This document shows, piece after piece, positions 46,166-55,815 of a DNA stretch of 64,000 nt (position 1 is the stretch's first letter; every line of letters starts with the position of its first letter). The stretch is taken from contig CAYYQL010000001.1 of assembly GCA_964473825.1 (NCBI GenBank), forward strand, positions 255,226-319,225, written 5' to 3'. The notes under the pieces are model-generated. The model searched no databases and was not told where the DNA came from. It was given only the letters and a program-made list of their open reading frames with translations. The position numbers and the translations under genes were made by a program. This DNA comes from an uncultured archaeon (GTDB taxonomy: Archaea > Asgardarchaeota > Thorarchaeia > Thorarchaeales > Thorarchaeaceae).

Positions 46166-48652
46166 TCAAACCTCATCTGTCAGAGTGATGCGTAAGGTAA
46201 TGATTGAATGGGCATCAACAGGAACCCCTACATTGTTGGACGAATGCGTAAGATCACCGATTGTCTTTTCGCATAAGTCGACCAAGGTGACCGAACCAAG
46301 AGTGCCGCTGAAGTTGAGTTCGGCCGTTCCCGATTCGCCCTTGGGCTCATATAACCGAAGCAAGTACTCATTCTCCCGTTCCGTTGGCTTGAAACAGGAT
46401 AGAACTAGCTCAGTTCCTGTTATGCTCAGTAGTGATTCCTCTTGTGGTTCACCGACCGGGCTCTCATCGAGGGGATACGCAATCAACGGAAGACGATGTT
46501 CGGTAGAAACACGCCAAACGTGACCTTCTTTCCATCCACCTCTGTGAGAAGAGATGCAGTAACGAAAACTATGACGACCGTTTTCACGTGCTGTTGAGCT
46601 CTCGACATTATCATCGTCTAGGCCTCGTGAAAGATAATCGACACTCCTGAACAAGGTGAAGGCAAGCACTCCATCCTGGAACTGAAACTCGTGTATACCT
46701 GGTACAGATATCATGACACCATTGTCTGGGCCAGAGCAATCAACCCAGTCTAATGCTGCAAATGTGTCCGGTTGAGAGGGAGGAATGATTTCCACTCGTC
46801 GCTTCTCGGCCGCAAACTGAGCTCCCACAGTAACTTCATTGCTGAATACCGACAGAGGGAAGCGCAAGGCAACCCGACGGTCTTGTCCCTTGAAATCAAT
46901 GTCCGTTTCGAGATCTATGCGGTCTATTCCTTCATAGACACTGATCCGCTGTTGTACAGGGCAACCATGAATTTTCGTTTCGACTTCCGCCACTGCTCTC
47001 AAGGGTCCGCTCTCGACCATGCGCACTTTTGCTGATGATCTGAGCGAAGTGATCACGGAATCATTTCCTGCGAGATCACTGGCTGAGTACCTATACAAAT
47101 CACCTACATCTGTTTCCAACGCGAGGCAGTTAGCATTTGATGTAAGTAGCTCAAACTGATTCCTCTTGTCATAGAGTCTAGTGAGCGTGCCGTTGAAACC
47201 ATCGAATTCAACAATCACATCACGAGATTCTATCCAATCTTTTCCAGTACGCAGGGAACTCTCATGAGAAATCCTTGACTCAGAGGGCTTGACACAGAAT
47301 ACTCGGTAGCCTAGGCTTGGAACATCCTCGGCCAGAAAAAGTAAATCGGATCCGCCAGAGCCGTCTTCGTCCCGACCAAGTACCTGACATGGAACAGGAG
47401 ACCCATTTATGTCCTCTACGGTTACGGGGCCTTCATTACTCATATCGTGGGGGAGGGGGACACGGACGATATCGCTTCTGGACCAAGATAGGGGATTGAA
47501 GACAGCATAACTCTGTCCTTCATCAACGCGGCGGATTTTGGATGCAACTTGAGCGACCGCATCCTCCAGTATATTCTGAGCACTCTCTATTGCTTGATTG
47601 TATCTTCTCTTGGCAAATAGATAGGGCTCATCTGCGATGGTACCCCGCAAGATATTGTGATCTTGATTGAAGAGAAGAATCCGCCAGATGTTCTCTAGTT
47701 CGGTGTGTGGTTTGGCATCTCTTCCCAGAGACAACAGAACCTCTACCAGATAGGCCAAACCTTCTAGCTCACGATTCTTCAGCTTGAGTTTCACTCTAGA
47801 ACTGAGGCTTCCCTCGAATGTGGAAAAGAACCGACCTGACATGAGGGGGCCAGAAATCACCGGCAACTCAGCCTGAACCGACTTCAGCTTCTCGGTGAAC
47901 TGCTGTGGAGTGACAATCACCATTCTCATATCCGGAAAGGTATGGTTCCATTGATTCACGATATCGTTCAAGTGAGGTAACGGGGGAATGAGTTCTCCAC
48001 CCACGGGAATGAATAGGTTCTTGGAAGCAGCACCGGAGCCGGTGTTTTCCACGATTCCAAGTATCTTTGTAAACGCCTCTCGTGTGTTCTCCGAGAGCCA
48101 AGATGCACAGGAATATCCTCGTGGCAACCAGACAGCATTGACATGACTGCCATCCGGACCTTTCCAGACGAATTCAGAAGGTGCCCTATACGGCATTCCT
48201 CTCCAGAAGAAGTAAGAACCGATGCCACACTGCCGCAGAATTTGAGGTAATTGAGAACAATGACCCACAGAGTCGATAGCCCATCCAGTTCTGACATCAA
48301 TACCGAAATTCTCTCGAAAATACTGGGTTCCATGTAAGAACTGTCGAGCCAGTGACTCACCGTCAGGAATCACCATGTCTGGCATGACATAGGTGCCGCC
48401 TACCAGCTCCACTCGCCCTTCCAGAACTGCCTGCTTCAGTAGGTCCAGATAGTTCGGAAAGAGCCGCTCAAATCCCTCAAGTAGACTGGCCTGATCTAGA
48501 CAAAAAGAATGAGATTCGTTGACCTCGAGATAGTCCAAGACGCTTTTTACATTCCACGATGCAATGCTGATATTATGTTCGTAGGTCTCAGTTCTAGCGT
48601 TGTCGAAATGAAGAAAGGGGCAGAGGTTAACAATCCAACGTTGCTCCATCAT
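46166..48652 (-). CDS. GH38 alpha-mannosidase-like protein
   Basis: HFD, ELVGG, GESLARQ, GWAIDSVGH, EFVWKGPDGS, NQDHNILRGT, FNPLSW.R. Confidence 0.88.
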   Translation of the reverse strand: MMEQRWIVNLCPFLHFDNARTETYEHNISIASWNVKSVLDYLEVNESHSFCLDQASLLEGFERLFPNYLDLLKQAVLEGRVELVGGTYVMPDMVIPDGESLARQFLHGTQYFRENFGIDVRTGWAIDSVGHCSQLPQILRQCGIGSYFFWRGMPYRAPSEFVWKGPDGSHVNAVWLPRGYSCASWLSENTREAFTKILGIVENTGSGAASKNLFIPVGGELIPPLPHLNDIVNQWNHTFPDMRMVIVTPQQFTEKLKSVQAELPVISGPLMSGRFFSTFEGSLSSRVKLKLKNRELEGLAYLVEVLLSLGRDAKPHTELENIWRILLFNQDHNILRGTIADEPYLFAKRRYNQAIESAQNILEDAVAQVASKIRRVDEGQSYAVFNPLSWSRSDIVRVPLPHDMSNEGPVTVEDINGSPVPCQVLGRDEDGSGGSDLLFLAEDVPSLGYRVFCVKPSESRISHESSLRTGKDWIESRDVIVEFDGFNGTLTRLYDKRNQFELLTSNANCLALETDVGDLYRYSASDLAGNDSVITSLRSSAKVRMVESGPLRAVAEVETKIHGCPVQQRISVYEGIDRIDLETDIDFKGQDRRVALRFPLSVFSNEVTVGAQFAAEKRRVEIIPPSQPDTFAALDWVDCSGPDNGVMISVPGIHEFQFQDGVLAFTLFRSVDYLSRGLDDDNVESSTARENGRHSFRYCISSHRGGWKEGHVWRVSTEHRLPLIAYPLDESPVGEPQEESLLSITGTELVLSCFKPTERENEYLLRLYEPKGESGTAELNFSGTLGSVTLVDLCEKTIGDLTHSSNNVGVPVDAHSIITLRITLTDEV

Positions 48653-48738
48653 GAATCACTACACCACAGAGGAAAGGGGTTCTTCTGCTACTGAGCATTT
48701 TTCGGTCTTATAGGTATTCCATGCGTGAATTAGGTTGA

Positions 48739-48775
48739 GAAAAAGAAAGGGAGCTGACGAGTCAGTGACTCGCCA
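48739..48775 (-). terminator. Hairpin plus U-tract after cdc48
   Basis: TGGCGAGTC-ACT-GACTCGTCA then CCCTTTCTTTTT. Confidence 0.6.
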
Positions 48776-48803
48776 ATCTTGTTTCAGCCGAAGGTTTCAT
48801 CGA

Positions 48804-50999
48804 CTATATGTAACCTGAGGGCTGGTTTGTTCCTTCTGGTGACCTGCGATAGACCCTGTCCTTCTGGCCCTGATATCGCTGGGCCTCCTCTTCAGAGATG
48901 CTTGGCCGTATCTCTTGCATTGCCTGCTGGAAGTGCTTCATCTCAACAGGCTTGGCTTTCCAATCAACTCTAACAGCGGCCATTGCTGCCTCCCTGCACA
49001 GGCCCTCGATGTCAGCACCTGAGTAGCCTTCGGTCAAGCGACCGAGCTCTTCGACGTCAACATCATCAGCAAGAGGCATGTCCCGGGTGTGCACCTTGAA
49101 GATCTCAACTCTCGCGTCCCGGTCCGGAGGTGGTACAAACACCACGCCATCGAACCGGCCGGGTCTGAGAACCGCCGGGTCAAGAATGTCCGCCCGGTTG
49201 GTGGCACCTATAACGAGTACATTCTGGAGGGCCTGCATGCCATCTAGTTCGGCCAGAAACTGGTTGACAATCCGCTTGCTCACACCAGTCTCATCACGTT
49301 GGCTTCTCGAAGCCATCACAGCATCGATCTCGTCGAAGAACAGGACACAAGGGGCAGTCTGTCTGGCTTTCTTGAATATCTCACGCACTGCCTTCTCAGA
49401 TTCTCCAACGTACTTGTTGAAGATTTCAGGACCGCGAATCGAGATGAAGTTGGCCTCGCTCTCCGTCGCGACGGCCTTGGCCAATAGGGTCTTGCCAGTT
49501 CCAGGAGGACCGAACAGCAGAACGCCCTTTGGTGCTCGAATGCCCATGTCTTTGAATACATCCGGATGTTTCAGCGGAGCTTCAACAGCCTCTCGGAGTT
49601 GCATCTTGACTTTTTCTAGGCCGCCAACATCACTCCAGCGCACGTTTGGTTTCTCAACAAGCACTTCTCTCAGTGCTGATGGTGAAACCTCTGCCAGAGC
49701 AGCATCAAAGTCATTCCGAGTTACATAGAGGTCATTCAAGATGTCCGCCGGGATATCACCGGTTTCAGGATCCACATGCGGGAGCGCCCGTCTCAGAGCC
49801 TTCATTGCAGCCTCTCTTGCAAGAGCTGCGAGATCTGCGCCGACAAAACCATGAGTGGTCGCAGCTAGACGTTCGAGATCTAGGTCCTCCTCAAGCGGCA
49901 TCGAACGAGTATGGATCTGAAGAATCTCAAGCCGACCCTGCTTGTCAGGAACCCCGATTACTATCTCCCGGTCGAATCGCCCAGGTCGCCTGAGTGCTTC
50001 ATCAACATCATCAACTCTGTTGGTCGCGCCTATCACTATGACCTGGCCGCGTCCAGCCAAGCCGTCCATCAACGATAGGAGCTGAGCAACTACCCTTCGT
50101 TCAACCTCTCCTGATACTTCGGCTCGCTTCGGAGCAATGCTATCCAATTCATCAATGAAGATGATGCTGGGAGCGTTCTTCTCTGCATCTTCAAAGACTT
50201 CTCTCAGTTTTCCTTCTGACTCACCATAGAACTTGGACATGATCTCCGGGCCATTGATCAGTCGAAACGTGGCCCCAGACTCGTTAGCGACAGCCTTCGC
50301 TATCAGTGTCTTGCCAGTTCCTGGTGGGCCGTGAAGCAACACACCCTTAGGAGGCGTGATGCCCAGCCTTCTGAATAGCTCAGGAGACTTCATGGGTAGC
50401 TCGACCATCTCTCGTATCTTCTGAAGTTCCTTACCAAGACCACCAATGTCTTCGTATGTTACCTGAGGAACTGTGACATCTTCAGGCTTGGCCGGCTTTG
50501 TCAATACCTCTAACTCAGTGCCTGCCACCATCCGAACATGTTTTCCGGGAGCAGCCGCTGTGACCGTGAATTGAAGTCCCTGACCTATCGAAGATATAAT
50601 CACAATATCTCCACGTGTCACAGGCCTGTTCAGAATCTGCTGCTTCACATAGTTCGCAAAACCTGACTCAAATCTTACAGGTTGACTCGGAGCAAATACT
50701 ACTCGGCTGGCTTCAGGGAGGGTCACAGATGATACTTCAACCATCTCACCGAGTTTGGCACCGGCATTGGCTCTTATCAAACCGTCCATTCTAATCATGT
50801 CAAGGACTTCGTCTTCCTTCAGACTAGGCCAGCATATCGCAACTGTTTCTTTCGATCCTTTCAGGAGTACATAATCTCCAGACCGTACGCCCAGCTTGTT
50901 TCGCACCTGGGAATTCAGTCGAACTATACCTCGACCTTGGTCTTTCGGCATCGCAGCTGCGGCTTTCAGTCTTACACTATCGTCTGCCATCCTGCTCAC
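48804..50999 (-). CDS. cdc48: CDC48/VAT AAA+ ATPase
   Basis: N domain, two GPPGTGKT / DE.D / RPGRFD modules, C-terminal GYI (HbYX-like). Confidence 0.97.
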   Translation of the reverse strand: MSRMADDSVRLKAAAAMPKDQGRGIVRLNSQVRNKLGVRSGDYVLLKGSKETVAICWPSLKEDEVLDMIRMDGLIRANAGAKLGEMVEVSSVTLPEASRVVFAPSQPVRFESGFANYVKQQILNRPVTRGDIVIISSIGQGLQFTVTAAAPGKHVRMVAGTELEVLTKPAKPEDVTVPQVTYEDIGGLGKELQKIREMVELPMKSPELFRRLGITPPKGVLLHGPPGTGKTLIAKAVANESGATFRLINGPEIMSKFYGESEGKLREVFEDAEKNAPSIIFIDELDSIAPKRAEVSGEVERRVVAQLLSLMDGLAGRGQVIVIGATNRVDDVDEALRRPGRFDREIVIGVPDKQGRLEILQIHTRSMPLEEDLDLERLAATTHGFVGADLAALAREAAMKALRRALPHVDPETGDIPADILNDLYVTRNDFDAALAEVSPSALREVLVEKPNVRWSDVGGLEKVKMQLREAVEAPLKHPDVFKDMGIRAPKGVLLFGPPGTGKTLLAKAVATESEANFISIRGPEIFNKYVGESEKAVREIFKKARQTAPCVLFFDEIDAVMASRSQRDETGVSKRIVNQFLAELDGMQALQNVLVIGATNRADILDPAVLRPGRFDGVVFVPPPDRDARVEIFKVHTRDMPLADDVDVEELGRLTEGYSGADIEGLCREAAMAAVRVDWKAKPVEMKHFQQAMQEIRPSISEEEAQRYQGQKDRVYRRSPEGTNQPSGYI

Positions 51000-51011
51000 G
51001 CACCTTCTCCT

Positions 51012-51446
51012 CTATTTTCCTCTCAATTCTACTTCTCTGAAGTCAGAACTAGTATCTTCGTTGTCCGCCTCAACCAGTTCAAGCTCAATTATGCCATGGT
51101 TGAATGACATTGAAGACTTCTCACTGTCAATCGGATACGGTAGTTCTTCAACCAAGTCGTTGTGCTGGCGGCTATTGAATTTCAGCTTCAACTGCCTTCC
51201 CTCAATCTCAGCAATTGGTTCCAGATCGTTAGTGAGTCCATCAACTACGATAATAATCCTATCATCTAGCTCTATCTTCTCTACACGAAGGTCCTCTTCC
51301 CGAGTCTCAATGACAGATTCATTGTCAGTTCGCGAGATTCTGAATCTCATTCTTGCTTCATTGGGACCCATCGGTATCGTCTTGCCGAAAATCTCTTCTA
51401 GCATTCGGCGCATCATCTTATCGAAATCATCGTCTATCATTATCAT
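51012..51446 (-). CDS. Small heat-shock protein (Hsp20-like, divergent)
   Basis: ELPYPID....SFNHGIIELEL alpha-crystallin tail; the usual hsp20-cdc48 arrangement. Confidence 0.72.
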   Translation of the reverse strand: MIMIDDDFDKMMRRMLEEIFGKTIPMGPNEARMRFRISRTDNESVIETREEDLRVEKIELDDRIIIVVDGLTNDLEPIAEIEGRQLKLKFNSRQHNDLVEELPYPIDSEKSSMSFNHGIIELELVEADNEDTSSDFREVELRGK

Positions 51447-51605
51447 TGGTCCTCATATTGGGAAGCCCAAGGGCGGACACAGCCGCCCAGTGAGTCACCT
51501 TATGTTCGGGCTTCCGCGCTTGTTAGCTCTAATCCCCATCACTAGGGACTAGTTAGTCACTAGTATAGCTGCTGACCTTCAACATATAAGCCTTTGGAAG
51601 AGTGA

Positions 51606-51745
51606 GGCCCTGTAAAATAAATCGAGTTCACATGGCTTAGATAAAGGAAAACTTGTATGGAGCAACTCAAAACTATCAGAAGAGACCCATTTCGTTGTTC
51701 ACAGAATTCATTTCGTGAACAATATGAGAGTTATTTTACAGAGCC
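51606..51745. mobile_element. 140-bp MITE, copy 2 (inverted relative to copy 1)
   Basis: GGCCCTGTAAAATAA...TTATTTTACAGAGCC; 9-bp TSD GAAGAGTGA (51597-605 and 51746-54). Confidence 0.92.
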
Positions 51746-51760
51746 GAAGAGTGAACTGAC

Positions 51761-53215
51761 TTATGCATCCGCTTCGATATCAATGCCCTCTTTTCTCAAG
51801 ATATCTCTTGCAACAAGCACTCCGGAAACAGACGCCTGCATCAGCCCTCTGGTGATTCCAGCACCGTCCCCTGCAGCATAGAAGTTGCTCACCTGTGTTT
51901 CGAGAGAGGGCTTCACTCTCAGGCGGGAGCTATAGAATTTGACCTCGATTCCATAAAGAAGCGTACCCATGTCTGCAACGCCTGGGCAGAGCCTGTCAAG
52001 AGCATCGAGCATCTCCATGATTGAACTAAGATGGCGATATGGCAGGGCAAAACTGATGTCTCCAGGACAGGCACTAGGTAGAGTAGGTTTGATGGGAGAA
52101 CGCTTTATGCGATCCTCTGTACTCCTCTTGCCCCGCCTGAGATCGGCAAGACGCTGGATAAGTACACCATCTCCCAACATGTTTGCAAGTCGGGCGACAT
52201 GCTGACCATATGATATCGGATGCTTGAATGGTGCCGTAAAACGTGTGGAAACAAGCAAGGCGAAATTACTGTTCGGCGTCTTTTTGTTCGCAAAGGACTG
52301 ACCATTCACTGTGAGAATCTCGTCATAATACTCGCTTGTCACGACCCCACCAGGATTAAAACAGAACAAACGTACTTTGTCATCAAACTGCTTCGAGTAA
52401 TAGACAAGCTTGGGTTCGTAAAGAGATTCTGCGATGTCTTCCATTACTGGAGCCGGAATTTCAACCCTGACACCAATGTCAACGAAGTTGCTTTCAGTGT
52501 CCAGACCAAGACGGCTGGCTTGACGCGACAGCCATTGATTGCCCACGCGTCCAGGGGCAGCCACAACATACTTGGCAGCTAGATAGTCTCCACCATTGGT
52601 CTCGAGACCCTCGATAGCCTTTCCATTGACGCGGATGTCTTTTGCTTCTGTGTTGAATCTGATATCGACTTTTTGGTCTATGGCCTTATACATTCGACCC
52701 ATTACTTCGATACAGCCCTCACGGCCCATATGGCGAACCTTCTGAGGAATGAGCTCCAGTCCAACTCTGGCTGCCTTACGAGACCAAGCTTCAATCTCAT
52801 CCAGATTATCGCCGTACATCTCCTCAGGAGCACCATACTCAAGATAACGAGAGTCTACGTAGTCAATCATCTCCGAGAGTCGGCCATCGCCAATAATGTC
52901 GTTGAGCCAACCGCCTACTCGCGTTGAAATTGTCAGCTTACCGTCAGAGAAGGCACCAGCACCACCCCATCCAGCAAGGATATGACAAGGACTGCACTTC
53001 TTGCAGCCTCGGGCACGGGTTGAGTTAGGGCAGGTCCTGCGATCGATAGGCTTGCCCTTCTCAATCATCGCAATTCGAAGACCAGGTTTGTATTGTAAAA
53101 GCTCTAGGGCACAGAATATGCCAGCGGGTCCGCTGCCGACAATCGCTACATCGTAGTCCAATGAGTTTCTCTCCTCGAAGAGGGTCAGAAAACGCAACTG
53201 AGCACCAGAGCCCAT
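51761..53215 (-). CDS. FAD-dependent oxidoreductase (COG2509)
   Basis: IVGSGPAG, C-x7-CxxCxxC, GWGGAGAFSDGKL, GVRVE, GDGAGITRG. Confidence 0.88.
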   Translation of the reverse strand: MGSGAQLRFLTLFEERNSLDYDVAIVGSGPAGIFCALELLQYKPGLRIAMIEKGKPIDRRTCPNSTRARGCKKCSPCHILAGWGGAGAFSDGKLTISTRVGGWLNDIIGDGRLSEMIDYVDSRYLEYGAPEEMYGDNLDEIEAWSRKAARVGLELIPQKVRHMGREGCIEVMGRMYKAIDQKVDIRFNTEAKDIRVNGKAIEGLETNGGDYLAAKYVVAAPGRVGNQWLSRQASRLGLDTESNFVDIGVRVEIPAPVMEDIAESLYEPKLVYYSKQFDDKVRLFCFNPGGVVTSEYYDEILTVNGQSFANKKTPNSNFALLVSTRFTAPFKHPISYGQHVARLANMLGDGVLIQRLADLRRGKRSTEDRIKRSPIKPTLPSACPGDISFALPYRHLSSIMEMLDALDRLCPGVADMGTLLYGIEVKFYSSRLRVKPSLETQVSNFYAAGDGAGITRGLMQASVSGVLVARDILRKEGIDIEADA

Positions 53216-53334
53216 AACTTAAGCCTTTGCCTCTGTATCATATTCTCCCATGTATTGCTGCAGGAAGAGGAGTCATAGCGATATAGCCAAAAGAGGATAA
53301 GAGCAGGAAGACAAAGACCACGGGTGCATAGAGA

Positions 53335-54210
53335 ATGGCTAGATGTTCGTTATGCGGAAAAGAAGACCTCTGTTTCAATTGTCCGTACTGCAATGGAGTC
53401 TATTGCTCAGAACACAGACTGCCTGAGAGCCATGGATGTCCTGGCCTTCAGTTAGCAAAACAAAGAGCCAGAGAGAAGCTGTCAGATGCATACTCTGAAA
53501 CCTATCAGAAGCCTAGAAGATCGCGTTTTAGCCGCGGTTCGAAGGCTACGACCAAGAGAAGGCGTTTCTCGCAGAGAGAGCTACGTGATCTTGGAATTGC
53601 CGTCCTTCTCGTCATACTCGTCGGGATTTCTATAATGGGACGAACCCCCATAGGCATCCTCAACGGAATACTGACAATCTATGCACTTGCAGGGACCGCC
53701 TACTGGTGGTTTCCAGTCGTAGTCATTCTAATTTTTCTTGCATCTTTCATGCTTCATGAGTTGGCGCACAAGTTCGTTGCACAACACTATGGAATGTGGA
53801 GCGAATTCAGAATGTCACCACAAGGTTACTATCTTTCAACGTTGGCCATCATCTTCGCATTTCCTATCTTCGGAACAGGCGTGGTCTACACGAGCGGCTC
53901 AGCAAGTCGCGATGAGAATGCCAAGTCAAATCTGGCGGGGCCTCTCTCGAACTTTGTGCTAGCATTTGCTGCTGCCGCAGCGGTTGTTCTTTCTGCATTA
54001 TTGCTGGGAGGAGTAGCGTATCCATTCGGATTCGTTGCCCAGTACACAATAAGTCTCAATGCGATGCTTGGGCTCTTCAACATGATTCCTATCCAGCCGT
54101 TTGACGGGGCGACAGTTCTACAATGGAACAAAGCAGTCTGGGCGACGGTAGCTGCTTCACTACTTGTACTACTAGTATTTGGATATGTCCTGCTCCCACT
54201 CATCTTGTAA
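53335..54210 (+). CDS. AN1 Zn finger + site-2 (M50) membrane metalloprotease
   Basis: CSLCG..CPYC...CSEHRLPESHGC; HELAH; NMIPIQPFDG. Confidence 0.88.
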   Translation: MARCSLCGKEDLCFNCPYCNGVYCSEHRLPESHGCPGLQLAKQRAREKLSDAYSETYQKPRRSRFSRGSKATTKRRRFSQRELRDLGIAVLLVILVGISIMGRTPIGILNGILTIYALAGTAYWWFPVVVILIFLASFMLHELAHKFVAQHYGMWSEFRMSPQGYYLSTLAIIFAFPIFGTGVVYTSGSASRDENAKSNLAGPLSNFVLAFAAAAAVVLSALLLGGVAYPFGFVAQYTISLNAMLGLFNMIPIQPFDGATVLQWNKAVWATVAASLLVLLVFGYVLLPLIL

Positions 54211-54288
54211 GGCATAATGCCTCAGTAATACTGTGCTTCATAGTGGCACATAGTATTCTATCTATCAGATTACAGAAGAGGATGAGCT

Positions 54289-55815
54289 TTGCAGTCGGTC
54301 CAGTCACACTCAAGCGACATAGTGGAATTGTCGGTTTCATCATGGTTCTACAGAAACAGAACAATTGCGGGTTTCGATAATCCTGCCCGCTCTCTGTATG
54401 TCTCTGTGAGAGAGCTGGTCGAGAATAGCTTGGACTCATGCGAAGAGAACGGATACTTGCCTTCTATCCGAATCAGACTAGTTCTAGCATCTCATGAGGA
54501 CTCTCTTGCCGGGTTTGACGAGGGGCCACAGACCTTCGAACTTGAGGTCAGTGACAATGGTGGAGGGATGGAACGTGAGGCGATACCTTTGCTTCTTGGG
54601 AAAATGCTCACCGGGACGAAATTCTCCCATAAACAGAGCCGCGGAACATTTGGACTTGGAGGTAGTCTAGCCCTTCTCTATGGACAAGTTACAACACAAG
54701 AGCCAATCCAGGTCATAACCTCACTCTCGGGGAGTGAAGTCCAGAATGAGACCACCATCAGACTTGACATAGACGAGAATCGGCCCACCATTTTAAGCGA
54801 GGCACAGTCACCTAAGCCACCAGACATGCATGGAACGACTGTGAAGTTCAGCCTCCAAGGAGACTGGCTACGGAGTAAGCGCAAGATCATTGAATACATA
54901 AACCAGACAAGCATCATTGTTCCGTACGCCTCAATCGTGTTTCAGAACCCAGATGGTGACACTCTTTCATTTCCAAGAATCATCAACGAGATGCCAGAAC
55001 CACCCCAAGAGATGCAGCCCCATCCCAAGGGCATTGATGTTGAGATGCTGAAGAGGCTGCTAGCTGAAACCAACTCACGCACGCTGGGCACATTTATGAT
55101 AAGCTCATTTCAAAGGGTCGGAGAAGCGACTGCACGGGCCTTTCTTGAGAGTGCAGACTTGGAGTATACAAGAGCACCAGATTCGCTTGATGCCCGCGAG
55201 ATTACAGCAATGATGAGAGCAATGGAGAGATTCGATGATTTCATATCTCCATCGTCAGACTGCCTCTCACCCCTCGGCGAAGATGTATTGCGTGCAGGTC
55301 TCAAGCGGCTGAAACCAGAGTTCAGCATCACCGCACAGAGAGATCCAAGTGCTTACGAGGGACATCCCTTCATAGTTGAAGTCGGAATCGGTTACGGAGG
55401 CGAAGTTGAAGGGGGCATGTACCGATTTGCCAACAAAATCCCGTTGCTATACGATGAAGGCTCCGATGTTTCTACTAAAGTGGTTAAGGAACTGAACTTG
55501 AAGCACTATGGTCTGAGGCAAGACGATCCTATAGCATTTCTCACACACATATGCTCCACGAAGATTCCTTACAAGACAGTCGGAAAGGAATACATAGGTG
55601 ACGTTGATGTCATCCGCCGTGAGATTGAACTTGGGTTCAAGGAATGCCTGAGGAAACTCGGGAGAAGAGTCCGGCGGAAGAATAGGATAAGGCGAGCAAG
55701 GAAACGAGAGAGCCGATTGCAGACATATTACGAGTTCATCTCGGATGTCTTGAGTCGAAGCTTGGAGAGAGAGATCAGAACAGACCATCTGTTTTCACAG
55801 GGGGGAAACCCTTGA
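54289..55815 (+). CDS. top6B: DNA topoisomerase VI subunit B
   Basis: RELVENSLD, DNGGG, QSRGTFGLG, H2TH, YRFANKIPL, STKIPYKTVGKE. Confidence 0.93.
   Translation: MQSVQSHSSDIVELSVSSWFYRNRTIAGFDNPARSLYVSVRELVENSLDSCEENGYLPSIRIRLVLASHEDSLAGFDEGPQTFELEVSDNGGGMEREAIPLLLGKMLTGTKFSHKQSRGTFGLGGSLALLYGQVTTQEPIQVITSLSGSEVQNETTIRLDIDENRPTILSEAQSPKPPDMHGTTVKFSLQGDWLRSKRKIIEYINQTSIIVPYASIVFQNPDGDTLSFPRIINEMPEPPQEMQPHPKGIDVEMLKRLLAETNSRTLGTFMISSFQRVGEATARAFLESADLEYTRAPDSLDAREITAMMRAMERFDDFISPSSDCLSPLGEDVLRAGLKRLKPEFSITAQRDPSAYEGHPFIVEVGIGYGGEVEGGMYRFANKIPLLYDEGSDVSTKVVKELNLKHYGLRQDDPIAFLTHICSTKIPYKTVGKEYIGDVDVIRREIELGFKECLRKLGRRVRRKNRIRRARKRESRLQTYYEFISDVLSRSLEREIRTDHLFSQGGNP

Noticed and set aside
39786-51499. 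Recurring TGAGTCAC / GAGTC-N3-GACTC words at 39789, 48759 and 51491
   Set aside because: Short, and they also occur inside CDSs; compatible with chance or independent hairpins
51657-51881. 74-aa ORF starting inside the MITE
   Set aside because: No transposase similarity; it runs antisense into the oxidoreductase gene
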